Under the pieces are notes generated by a model. It made no database searches. It saw only the letters and a program-made list of their open reading frames with translations, and was not told the origin of the DNA. Made by a program: the position numbers and the translations under genes. DNA of 64,000 bases from Tubiluchus corallicola. Lineage: Eukaryota; Animalia; Priapulida. Shown here one piece after another: positions 24,810 through 37,760 of this stretch; the first letter of the stretch is position 1, and each line of letters opens with the position of its first letter. Location: positions 62,001-126,000 of the forward strand of contig JAQGDQ010000053.1 of NCBI GenBank assembly GCA_030141605.1. Direction: 5' to 3'.

Positions 24810-27800
24810 ATGGCGGCTACGGTAAAGTTGATTAGAATTGATTCTGGAAGAAAATTTGAGGACTCGAAGCGTTATTCAGGTAATTAAACCTATTGTCAGT
24901 GAAAAACATTAGGTAATTCTGACAAAACTACATTCTTATGAGAAATTCTAACAGAAGAAACCATACTCATTGGGTAGATTGCAATGTAAGATTCTTATTC
25001 CTAGAAAACCTGGTACCTTTATTTAACAAGTGATTAATTATGGCCTATATTTCCGTCATGTATGTTTCTAAGTGTCTTGAATCTCTCTTGTGGGATGACG
25101 TATTGAATTTCCTGTTACACTGTGGCAGTTTATTGATAATCAGCACGTTTCATTACCACAGCTTTCCACTGTAGCAAATCTTGAATGCCTAAATAATTGG
25201 TCCCCATTTTTTATGAACCTTCCCTCCGCTCTATTGATTTTGGAAACAGCATTTTTAAATGGTGTAACTACTTCCTGGAGAAATAGTATCCAGTAATCAG
25301 TATTCTGCCACTCTCCGTTACACGTTTTTCTATTAATATTATAAATCTACAGTAATTGTATTTTGTGGATGAAAATAAATAAATTGAATTGAATTAACCA
25401 GTGGTATTCCCCAAGGAACTTTGTCGGGACCTTATGGTTTTCTCATTTTCATCAATGACATTACTGATTTTGCATCCCCTGACACAGACACATTCACACA
25501 CATATATATATAAATACCACTATTTGTTGAGGATATTAAACCTTATCATCCAATTAGAGATACCTCTGGTCGAGGGACATTATTACAAACAGACTTGTCT
25601 GAAATTGAACGATGGTGTGACAACTGGTCAATGTCCCTCAAATGCAATAAATGCAGCAGCAGCGCACTTTTATTCATTCTAATTAAACAAGGCCTTATTA
25701 CCTGAGAGATGGTATTATTGAAGAAGAATCAGTTGTATGTGATTTGGGAGTATTAGTCTCAAATAAGCCGAAGTAGAGCTCTCATATCAGGGGATATAAT
25801 TGAGCATAGTAGAACTTTCTCAAGCTAGTAGATCCACTGGAATGATAAAAGGCTACATTTCATCATGTAGTGGAAATGTTATTGTACCAATGTACAAAGC
25901 TGTAGTTGGACTAATATGTAAGTATTTATGCGTTGCTTGGTTGTGTCTTTATGTTACTCTAAAGAATGCTTTAATAGAAAGAATGCACTTGAGATGTATT
26001 AGTCTGGCCTCTAACATTCAACCAGACTGTATCTTCACTTGAACAATGTCGTCACCTATATAGATCTTATTAATTGCTATGAAGTCATCAATGGTAGTTC
26101 AAACTTACATAGTGATAATTTTTTTCTTTACCACGATGTGATTTGCGTGGACATAACTCTAAATTATTTGTACTTGTATACTCTTGCACTAATATTAGAG
26201 CCCACTTCTTCTCTCCTCGCGTTATGGAATTCATTTAATGATGAAATGTTGAAGCATCAAATCTGACTCAGTTTCGAAAATCACTGAGAAGACGCCGTCA
26301 AAAACCATATTTATGGTTTGGTCTCTTAGACTTCACCAGCAAGTATAAACTACTTTTCAAAAAACTTGTTGTTGGTGCCATTCATATAGATATACAGCGT
26401 GTACTTTGGCTGTTAAAATACCACAGTGTTCAATAGAAAGTTGAGTTAATGGTAAAAAGATGGGGTACATTACCTGTGTCAAGGTTTGATATTCGATATT
26501 CAATATTGAACCACATTCTGAAGTTGGTATGGTAATAAATTTCCTATTTTGACCAAAGCCGGCTTCATATGTTCAAACCATTCAGTGTTCGTAATAGACT
26601 CGAATGCAGTACTCAATATCGAACCAGAAGCTGGTTTCATAGTTAAACTGTTGAAGATACGAAGAAGCTTCAATCATGCTTCCTCTTACAAGTAACTCTC
26701 ATTTCCGCATTTCCCCATAGTTTATATATTCGACACAAGCACTTCAAGTTTAAGGAACTAGCTGGTGTAAACCAAACAAAAGTTTGATACATTTCAGCAA
26801 AAACACGTGTTATTCATTAGCTCATTAGCTATTTAACGAGTAGAGATACGGGAATCTGCAGTTACAAATCTTCCCATTTCTGTATTCCCAAATTTTTATC
26901 CGAGTTTCACATTTGGCTGTTATTTCATGTTTAAAGTGCCAGTGTAACCAAAGAAAAGTTTGTAATGCCTCAGTAAAAACACATAATTATTCTCCAGCTC
27001 ATTGATTATTTTACGATATAGGTACCTGGTAGTTACAACTTTCCTGTTCCCGCATTCTCACACTTTTTGCAAGTTTCACAGTAGCACAAGCATTTCATAT
27101 TTAAGGTGCTGGTGTAACCAAAGAAAAAATTCTAATGCCTCATCTAACATAAATGTTGTTCACTGGCTCATGAGCTATGTAATGATATTTTTACATGCCC
27201 ATTACGAACTTCCCCATTCCCATATTCCCGCACTCGACATGTGGTGTTCGAAACTAAATGTGCAGAGACTATGTCTTAGATATGTTACTCATGTTAATTG
27301 GGATAATGTGTCTATGCCAAGGACAACGCCAAGACACAATTACTTTGGTTAGCATCCGCAAGTTGTAATGTACTCATTTGGCTTTTTAATTTTAAGCATG
27401 CACGGCTACACTTGTATGTACATGTGGCTCAACACTTAGGCAGTTTTCATAGCACTCAGATAGTAAGTGTTAGTCCACTTAGAAAAAACACTTTTGTTTC
27501 ATAATAATAATTATTATTTGCTTGTAAGGAGTTATAACAAATCAGGATGCAGGATCATTGAAATGTGTAACATTTTTGCAGTGGAAATTACAGTGCAAAT
27601 ATCATTGTTTGTTCATGTTTGAGAAAGTCCAGTCAATTTGTAAATTTTGCAACATCAACTATAACTAGTTTTTATCTACAACTGCATCTGCAGTTTAAAT
27701 AAACACTGTGAAAGAAAACACCCAAAAACGTTGGGATATTTTTGTATAAAAAAGACATTGATTTTTGTATAAAAAGACATCAGGAGTGTATGGTTGCCTG

Positions 27801-30800
27801 TCGATTTTTTTTATCAAAGAACATACTGTGTGCAAAATAGAACAAATTGCAGTGCAATTCGTCTGGTTATGTTCACGCTGAAAATACAATATTTAGAGAG
27901 GGCTTTTTAAGAGCTTTTCTGGACCATTACATAATACAATATATCTAAATATGCTGTTGCAACAGCTATACACTAATCCTGTGTTACAACCTAATTTTAG
28001 TTCTACCCTTGAAAATAATAAAATGCCAACATATTCAGCTAATCCATAACCCATACATATACTGTGAACCATAACTGAAAATTAGTACCAATCGGTTACT
28101 GTGTTTGTCTTTGCCAAAAGGTCTTTTGTTACCTTTTGATTGGCCCTACCCATGCATTTTCCTAAATTACCTAATGATCTTTTAGTACTACTTTATGCTG
28201 TCATTTTGCTCGAGCTCATTGGTGTCGTTAAGCGAGGCCGTAAAACGCTAAATTACCTTCGTGAAAGTCTCTAATAACTTACTTCGTGTTCGCAGGTCCG
28301 TTTAAAGCTACTCGCATTTGGAACGATATTATTGATCACTTGAAAGAAGGTGTAGAAGTAAAACGAAGATGGCACAAAATTAGAAAATATGACAACTGCT
28401 TTACAGGTATAATACATTTGGCACTTTGAATGGTGTTCCTGCTTTACAAATTACATGTATGTATAGATGTCATTATTAATAAGTAGTGCTAGTCTGGTAA
28501 TTTTGTTGCAACAGCATAATTTGGCATTAAATTTGTTTTTCATTATTTTTTTTTAATTTGTTTAACTTGCTTATTAGTTGATTTGCTCATATTCCTATTC
28601 TGAAAATTAAAAGTTTTTTTTATAAACTTTACAGGACAGGATGCTGTTAATGTAATATTGCAGTATCTGCAGGAGGACTCTGCAAATTTTGGGTGTAATG
28701 TGTCAAGAGATAATGCAGTGAAGGTATGAAAATAACGTAAAAATAGAAAGTCATGAAGACAGTCCTTGTTAAATTCCATTCTCTAAAGAAATCATCGAGC
28801 TGAGGCACAGAGCATTAAAAATTAAAAGAACTGCATTGTGTACCTATCAACATACATGCATATCTGGTAAAAGGAGCACGACACATTTTTAAGTTATACC
28901 CTAAAATAATCTAACGTATAAAATATTGAAAAAGAACATAATTATTTTTAAAGAATGACATACATGAAATAATTATTGCCACGGTAGTTTAATTTTACAG
29001 CTGCTCCTTGTTACATGCATTTGGGCATGCACTAGTTCTAGCTGCACAAAGATGCACTGTACTTCCCAGTTCAATTATGATGTGGCACACACACACACAC
29101 ACACTTATGGTGAATTTGCATGATGCCATAGTGGTAAACTTGGAATTTAAATTTTTAATCTGAAATTTGCCCAGTTCTTGTGTATCACAATGTTGTGCAG
29201 TAGTACTGTATTTCAGTTTTCACTTGCAAACACGTACAACACACTAGTGGAAAGTTTGTGCTATTACAAAATTATGTTCAATTCTGATATCATCACTTGC
29301 AGTACCCACTGGCAGTTTATTAAGTTTTTAAGCTATTATTTAATTATCAGAAACACTGTGGTATTACTGTAGACATTAATATGTATCCTTTTTACCGCAC
29401 TTCAAAATAGAGCAGGATATGGAAAATCCACTTGCTTTCCTTTAACACCAGTTTCTATGTATGTGACTGGGTAACAGGCAAATGTGTGCATGGTGCAATA
29501 TAATTTTGAAGAAACCTCATTAAGAATAACTCATTGCATGTGCATTTGTTTTTTTAGCTGTGTCAGGCATTTATGGATTACTCTGTGTTTGAACCAATTT
29601 GCAACGCTGACTCACCGAAGAAGTTTCATGATGCCGGAACAAAATTCTATAGGTTTATCAACATAGAAGAAGAGGAAAATCGTATTTATCACCCAGGAGA
29701 AAAATTAAGGCATGTCAATCTTTTAAATTTCATTTGTCTAAAATAAATTTATAATATTTAAATATTTATGAATATTTTCAGATTTTATCTCATTAGACGA
29801 AAGGTTTTTAGTTTTTAGTTTACATTTTTGTCTAAGTTGTCTTGAACTGAGCGTACAAGTTTCATTCACCTTAGTTAGTTAATTTGTGTTTCACTTGCAG
29901 TTTTTTACCGAAAATTCAATAAATGTGTTATGTGTTAGGATGAGAACATCTACAGGCATGGAATTTGATGATGAAAACAGTGGCACATATAAATCAAGAA
30001 CTATTCATCCAAATGATAGGCTGCTTTGCAGTATTAATGAAAAGTCTGAAGAACGGCTACCATCTATTCCTCTTCATCAGCAATCCAACTACAATGTTTG
30101 GCTCTCCAAACAAACTGACCAGAAACACTATAGTCGGACTTCTGACACTCAGACGATTGCAGATACACATTGTAACAACAACATTGCGAATTTACGTGTC
30201 CTGAATGAAAGAGAGATGGGTTTTTTACGCAAATCAATTAGACGGTTGACTCATCCTGAGACATATACTGACCAAAGCAAGAAAACTATGGTGAAACACA
30301 TCTCCTTGCCAACATTTCTGCCTAATGATGTGCAGTATAGTCTTCCCTTAAATGGTATGTATGTTTGCCTGTCTTTTTCTTTTCATGTCAGCTTGTTCGT
30401 AAGTCTGTAAATGTGTATGTATAAGTGAATGATATGTACTGAACATCCAGCAGCACCTTTGTAAATCTTTGTAAACATTTTCTGTGCTGCTGCACTTGAC
30501 ATTATAAAAGTCTAATTCACTTATGTAAAGAATGCAGACTATACAACTTATTGTAGCTACAATACTATATTTTGCTGTAATTTTGGATTAACTGTTGCAG
30601 TTATATGTGATGTATGGCGGGAAGTGGCTCTCCTGCGATTGCTGCTTATTGTAGAAATTCCAATTCTTGAAGGCATCATGAGTGACAATATCTTTAGCAC
30701 AGAGTCTTCTAGCATGCCGTCTGATGCTTCCAGTGCAGTGCTTCGGAAGCACAACAGTTGTTCGGCCGTCTCTTCAAGTGGGTATGTTCAAAATCAGTTT

Positions 30801-33393
30801 ATGTACTCTTTTGTAGTATTGCAATGTTATGTATAGCAGAACAGTTTTAACCAATTAACTGATTTGTAGGTGAAACTTAGTGAAAATTCGGCTAAACAAC
30901 CTGTCAAAATCCAATTCTTTCTGACCTATCAAAACCATATTTTGTTTGACTTGATATACCATTGTACTTTTATCTATTTAAAGCATTTCAGCTGTAGAGT
31001 ATATACTAAAAGTTGCACATATTTCATAGAATTTATCTATTTACATTTAAAAGTCAAAACATAGACAGTATTGCATAGACAATCAGACACAGGTGAATAA
31101 TGCAGACAGACAATTGCACTTAATGCAGAAAAAATATCAGGTTTTGTGAACAATTGTGTTATGAATGCCACTAATGATAATAAGTTAACTGATGACTTGA
31201 TGTTTTTTTTTTATTTGTTTGCAGCTATATTGACTTGTGGACACGAGCTGCAGTAACTTGCCTAGACAACATTGACTGTATGTATTTGCTTCCTAAAACA
31301 TACAGTATAAATGATAGTACAAACTATAAATTGAAACTGTTCAAGCTCATATCTGACGGTTACAGTAGACAAAAAGAGCCACTGATAAATGGCCGCATGT
31401 TCGATGTCTTTCTTGTAATATATACTTCTCTTCTTGAAAAGCATAAGGAAAGTGCTGCCATTGATGCCATACAGCTGGCTGTTCTGTTGTTGCCTAGTCA
31501 CCAAAGGGAGCAACTGAAACATCTTATGGATTTCCTTGGTGTGGTCATCAGAGACAAATGGACTCAGTTGAGTAAAAACGTGTGTATATTAATAATTTGT
31601 TTAACATCTTTAAATGCTAATATCTTGAAAAACGAATACTTTAGAGCTAGTTATTTGTTACAACTCATGTTAACTCAGGGCTGGCTTTTCTATGTTCGAT
31701 ACTGATGCATTCGTTTGGTATATGAATGATAAGAGTATCCATTGTTACCTTCGGTTTAGTAAATTCTGCAGGGTACGTTTCTTCTACTAACGAAGTTTGT
31801 AAATTGTGACCACTTATTTTTCTTATTAAAGTTAAAATCTGTTATATTTGTTTTAACATTTTTCTGTTTACAACATTTGTTTACAACTAATAACTATTAA
31901 TTTTTTAGTTCTCAAATGAAGAACTTGCCATTAAGGAATTTGCTGACGCGGTCATATGTAATCCTGTTTTGTCAAAGAAGCAAGCAGTCAGATACTTTGG
32001 TAAGCTGTGAACCACTAACAAAAAAATTGACTGATCCACTTTCTTATGCAGTTTACATTCTGCAATGTAAAAATTCCACATTTTTTAAAAATTTGTTTTT
32101 ACTTTTCGTGGTCTGTAAATTTGCATTGTGGTAATCTTATTTTTAGGTTTTATAGCTGCACATGCGGAAGCTATTTTCACCATTCCTCCTGAAGTAGAAG
32201 CACAAGTCCATAAGCAGCTGCTAAAATTATCCAAAGGCAATGATGATGCTGTGCTAGGTAAATTTTCTGTCACAAAATTCTTCTAGATTTTGCAGCTGTT
32301 GGAAATAATAATGACTGCTGCTGCTGAATAAGCTTGGTTTTGTCTGTTTTTGAAAATAACATAAAATCCACTGTTCTGTTTAATGAACAACTTTCTAGTT
32401 TGCACATTTAGTCTTTATGCCTTGTGGTACAAAAATTAACTTAGAGTATGGCAAAATATCGAGACTTGCTTGTCTGAAATAAGATCACTTTTTTTGAAAA
32501 ACATCTGATTCCTTAATTAATATCAGTAATATCAATAGTGTTAAGGAACAGTTTTGATATCAGCTGTACATTCTGTGCCAGGTACGTTGCTAGTCCTGGA
32601 ATTCATTGTTGTTATTCTATTGTTATCACGCCCACTTTAGAGCATATTTTACCAATTTTCTAGTACAATATGTATATACTTGTATTTGTATACTTTCCTG
32701 CATGTAACTAGTCTCAAAAGTGGCGAGTTGTTTCAGCTTATATTTTTTCCCTAATCAATTTTTTGGCGAAAATGTGTGATGAGGTGTGACAGCAGCTTTT
32801 GGGCAAATTATAATTTCCAAAAATAATTTTACTATCGTGTTTTGTATTTTGCAGTCAGTTTTAAAGGCAGCCGATGATCACCCATGATACAGGTTCGAAA
32901 TGAGCTGGAATTTGTGTGGACGTTTTTTAAATGAATTCGTTTATGCCTAAATGGCCAATTTTGTCGTTCGTAAATTTAAAAGTTAAAATCATTTTGAGTT
33001 GTCAGACTGGCCTTCTGAGCTGTGGAAATGCACCTTCATTGCTTTTGGTCTTCTCATTTGCGCTTTGCATTTTCTAAAATCGGCTGTCTCTGTCATAATG
33101 ATGCAAGGTAATTAAGGTGATGTATCAACAAAACTGCAATTATGGCTAGCCACATAAGGAACTACCAAGTACTATAAAAATTATTTATTACAGAAATGGT
33201 TTATTGTGAGCAAATTACAGAGCTGGAATTCGAACATCAACGTGAAGACGCAACTGAAACTGCACTCATTGAACTGATGAATTCCATTATTGACAATACC
33301 AGCATTCCACTGAAAGATAAAAAACAGTGGTTGAAGAAACTGCAGAGGTGTCACCCAGATGTGTTCAGTCGGAACTTCTGTGATATGCTGTAA
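24810..33393 (+). CDS. DEPDC7: DEP domain-containing protein, DEPDC7/DEPDC4-like (N-terminal DEP, C-terminal RhoGAP-like fold), 10 coding exons, ~591 aa
   Basis: Exons 24810-24879, 28296-28406, 28635-28723, 29558-29709, 29939-30354, 30601-30781, 31225-31579, 31909-31999, 32147-32257, 33194-33393. DEP domain GPFKATRIWNDIIDHLKEGVEVKRRWHKIRKYDNCFTGQDAVNVI...LCQAFMDYSVFEP; VWREVALLRLLLIVEIPILE; AIQLAVLLLPSHQREQLKHLMDFL; C-terminal LKDKKQWLKKLQRCHPDVF. Exon 4 donor inferred as GC. Confidence 0.88.
24990..25395 (+). mobile_element. 3' end remnant of an L2-like LINE
   Basis: T-rich segment ending AAATAAATAAATTGAATTGAATT, a typical LINE tail; coding remnants too decayed to read. Confidence 0.35.
25395..26340 (+). 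mobile_element. Heavily degraded CR1-type LINE fragment in DEPDC7 intron 1
   Basis: SGIPQGTLSGPYGFLIFINDI, VVCDLGVLVS, MYKAVVGL..KY..VAW and LWNS remnants in broken frames. Confidence 0.75.
26690..27240 (+). repeat. Diverged tandem repeat, ~3 units of ~175 bp
   Basis: GTGTAA(A)CCAAA..AAAA....GCTCAT block at ~26765, ~26942 and ~27112. Confidence 0.7.
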
Positions 33394-34564
33394 GTTTGCA
33401 AAACATGCCTGCATTTCATCACCTTCGAATGTGTACTGTGCAAAGTTATGTCATCATTTCTGAATTACTTGGTAGAGAAGTGATTTCGTTACAGAAGGCA
33501 AGTTACATTATTCAGTTACCAATAACACTATTAAAGTAATTAAAAAAATGTTAAATTATGAGTAGTAGCTCCTCACAGGTCAACAATATTTAATTATTTT
33601 TGAGTGGTTTTGATTGGGTAATTTTTTTCTAACAGCTATTAGAGTTAATAGAGTTAATAAGTATCCATCCTAATATTACACAATTTAAAAGCATTGGTAT
33701 TAATGTATTAGTTGCATTATATAAAAGAATTGCTAAAATGATATCAGCATTTAAAACTGAATTTTAGAGTTGTCGGACATCTTAGTTGTTTAATTGGAGA
33801 TAGATTAACAATAATAATTGTATTTTTAATTATTTTAAGCATTACATTATCTTGTGCATGTACTAATTAAGCACAACTGATGATGATTATTTGCATCCGT
33901 CCTCCAGTACAGGTAGTCGATTGATAAATTATTATGTGATATAAATGTACTATTTTAGTTTAGTAGTTGTACTATACGTCAAATTGTATTTTTGTATCGT
34001 GGCAGCTTAAAAGAGATTATGCAATAGTTGGTTTATTAATAGTAATTAGAAAATAAGTCTTAGTTAATAACGTAGTCACACGGATAGATTATAACATTAT
34101 GCATTGTCTTGCCTTTAATATTTTATTAAATGAAATTTTTAACTGTTTATGTTGGTGTAGGGTTTACATTACTAGATTTTATATCATTAATGTTTATATG
34201 TAAAAAGTATTAAAAATACATTGGATTTGAAGGAGAAATACTCTCTTTATTTTTACTTCCAGTTATCTCTTATATTATACACATACTATTACTGCAGAAC
34301 AGCCTGGTGGAGAAGTAAAGGAAACATATACAAAAACTGCAATATCAGTGATACAAATTTCGCTTTGCAATGTTTTGAAAAAGTACATTGTGAAAGTTAA
34401 ATGTAATGTCAATACCAATGGATATTTTGAATCTAGATATTTTGCAGGCGGTGTGTAACATACCTCAATAAAATTATAGAAATAAGAGTATTTTAGTAAT
34501 AATTGTTGCCAAAAATAGTTGGGAAAATTATATGATTATAATAAATGCTACAATATCTTCAGAT

Positions 34565-35275
34565 TGAAAATGTAGGTAAAAATGGCAAAAATGGAAAAGT
34601 AGGTAAAAGTGGCACCGGGGGAAAATGACACGTACAAAAACATTTCTTGGAGGCTTCAGAGGGAGTGTTTAGTACTTCTTTTTTGTTATCTCCACCAGGG
34701 CAAATAAGTACGAGTTAGTTCCATGTTCATTTTGAGAAATTCTTGCTTGGAAAACTGTATCGATGTCTATATAACCTTTGCCTGTTAATGTGTATAGAGA
34801 TGAGATGTGAGATAAATTATCTCAGTCTATAGCCATCGCCATTACAATCTATTACCATTAAAGAAAAGTAGACAAACATTATGTGGAATATATTCTGGCA
34901 TTCACTATCATAATCTAATTAAAAACTATGCAGAATATTCACGAATTATTGACTAATTCTATTTAATGAACCAAATATTTTGCGTGGCTTTTGTTAATTT
35001 ATATAACACCAATACAGGTATATTTTTTGTATATTTGCTTGTTTATCTTTGTTTTATGTTTTTCATCAAAAGAAAATGATGCAATAGTATTATTCGGATA
35101 TGGCGGAGATCTATTTCCCAATGATCGTATTCTGGTTCTCTTATAGAAATTAACTGCATTAAAACAACATAATTGTGTGTCACTTTTTCCTACTTTTCTA
35201 TTTGTGCCATTTTCCCTACTTTTCTATTCCTGCCTTTTTTCCTGTGCCATTTTTTACTGTGCCATTTTTACTGTA
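34565..35275. mobile_element. MITE with tandemly repetitive inverted termini (MULE/foldback-like)
   Basis: Left GGTAAAAATGGCA / GGTAAAAGTGGCAC repeats; right GTGCCATTTT(T)AC repeats. Confidence 0.65.
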
Positions 35276-35554
35276 AGTAAGTAAATAATTTATTTGTCTC
35301 TGAGTGTTACAAAATAAACATAAACAAAAGCAAAAAAACTAAAATAAAGATGGAAAAGAAAGGGGGTGGCGAAAAGACCAAGTCAACCACCCCTTTTCAA
35401 ATTGAAGAAAATTAAGTGACCTGTCAAGTAAGGTATGTACAAATGACAATAATCAACTTAACAAAAAATGAGGCAAGTGCAAATGAGTTTACATTTAGAA
35501 ATAAATTTGGCAATGAGAAGAGGCAAAATTTAAATGGGCAAGCAAAACAGAAAA

Positions 35555-35792
35555 TTTAAATTAAAATCAAGAGACAAAATCCAACTCAACAAAAACAACT
35601 AAAAATTACATATAAATCAAGAAACTCAATCCATCATAAGAAGCAAAAAAATGAAGCAATGTCAAGCCATGAGTAAATCATTTAAATTGAAATCAAGAGA
35701 CTAAGTCCAACTCAGCAAAAACAACTAAAAATTACATATAAATCAAGACTCAATCCAGCATAAGAAGCAACGTCAAGCCATGAGTAAATCAT
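35555..35792 (+). repeat. Tandem duplication of a ~110-125-bp A-rich unit
   Basis: AAATCAAGAGAC...CAAAAACAACTAAAAATTACATATAAATCAAGA...GTCAAGCCATGAGTAAATCAT twice in succession. Confidence 0.85.
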
Positions 35793-36799
35793 CACCAGGT
35801 CAAGCACCTCTATCCAAATTTAAAGGAAATTATATAACCTGACAAGTACAGACAAGGAAAATTATAATAATCAACATTTAAAAATGAAAAGAAAAATAAA
35901 GATGAATAACTAGGGAGATATTAGGATAATGAATTCAGATGAGTTTATAATTAAGTGACAACATAAATCAATGAATATGGCAAATGGTATGAAACAATAT
36001 TTAAATTAGCAAAAACAAAAATTTGGATTTAACTCAAGAAACAGAATTCGTAGGAATAATCAAAAAGAAAAAACTAAAGCAATAAAGTACGTCAATTATA
36101 GATTCATTGAAGAAAATATAGCACCAGTAAAAATAATGAAAATGGATCAGCGATAAACAATAAGAATAATGCTCAATTTTTTTTCCAGAGCATGTGAAGA
36201 TTCAGTGAAATAGGTGTCAAACCGAAAGATAACTAAGAGATAAATTCGAAACTACGAATACAAATTTCTTACTAAATTGAATAGTTGCCGATTAAATAGA
36301 GGCGAAATTTTTTAACTGCAGTGTGCAATGTTTGGCAAACCAAGATTTCAGACGGGAGACTATTTAAAAGCTGACACCATTATGGTGTAAAGAGTTCAAG
36401 CCATATTAAGTTTTGAACCTATTTTGAAAGTAGAAGCCTTTTTTGAGGATATTGTGGAGTATGAATGGACATCGTGTATTTTTAAAAAGTAGTTCTTATA
36501 TATATATGGTAAAGTGCTTGTTTTGTACCTGTACATAAATTAAAGAGTTCCAAACTATATATATCACAAACTTTTAGTATATTTAACTGGTTATACGAAG
36601 GTGTAGCATGTGCTGTGTAATGAGAGAATGTAATTAATTTAACAATTTTGTTTTTGTAAGGTGGTAAGTGGTTGTAGTATATATTGCTTAGTTTTTCCCC
36701 AGCACAGCACGCAGTACTGTAAGTAGGTATACACTAAAGCGTAATATATCATTTTGAGGATAGGCATATTAATAAAGTAACGTTGTTTATTATTTATAA

Positions 36800-37760
36800 A
36801 TGTATTTCGTCAAACCGTAGACAACGAGTAGTAATCAACGGAACGTCTTCTAGATGGTGCTCTGTTTCTAGTAGCGTTCCGCAATGGTCTATACTGGGTC
36901 CCATTTTATTCATACTCTTTGCCAATGATTTGCCAGATTTAGTTATTTTAGAAATTAGTATGTTTGCTCACGACACAAAAATCTATTGTCGAGTTGTGAC
37001 AATAGAAGATTCAGTACATTTACAACAACGTTTATTTGATCTGGAAGCCTGGTCTGAAAAATTGTTATTACAGTTTAATGCTGATAAGTGTGTAGTGTTC
37101 CAGCTTAAAGCTCAAGTTTCATCACATTATTATTTGTCTCTCAGTGAGTTAGCACATGTCTCAGAACATAAAGACCTAAGTGAAATTATACCTAATGATC
37201 TGGAGCTTGCTGCGCATATCACCAACATTAATTTTGCCAGAAGGCAAATCGGATGATTGGATTGATTAAAAGATGTTTTGTTAACCGGGATCCTAAGCAG
37301 GTGTTAACTCTCTACAAAGCTTATGTGCGACCATTATTAGAATATTGTAGTGTAGTATGGTCACCATCATTACAATTTGACATCAAAAGATTCCAGAAAG
37401 TTGAAGATAGATGCCTATGATTATGTTATGCAGCCTGTTTGCGTCCTGAGATTTGTTCACTCCAACAGAGAACAGAAACAGCTGACTTGTATGAGGTATT
37501 GAAGTACATAAATGGAGACAACCGTGTTAGTTGTGATACACTATTTAAGATTGCACCTCTGCTGTCCACTCGTAGTCATTCTAAGAAATTGCATAAACTG
37601 TATGCAAGAACTAATTGTAAAAGTTCATTTTTTTCACACCCCGTAGTGAACAAATGGAATAGTTTGCCAGAAAGAGTGGTTGGTGCACCGAATTTAAACC
37701 TTTTTAAGGAGAGATTGGGGGCTTCACCATAGTCATGCTTTAAGAAGCCAAAATTATTAT
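36800..37760 (+). mobile_element. 5'-truncated, degenerate CR1-type LINE reverse transcriptase fragment
   Basis: RRQRVVING...SVPQWSILGPILFILFANDLP...MFAHDTKIY (YADD motif mutated), YKAYVRPLLEYCSVVWSP, TRSHSKKL...FFSHPVVNKWNSLP; frameshifts and stops. Confidence 0.92.

Noticed and set aside
26690-27240. CRISPR-like array or prokaryotic defence system
   Set aside because: Units are long diverged tandem copies without unique spacers; the window is spliceosomal-intron eukaryotic DNA with no cas-like ORFs.
36783-37732. Active or domesticated reverse transcriptase
   Set aside because: 5'-truncated, catalytic motif reads FAHD, with frameshifts and stops.
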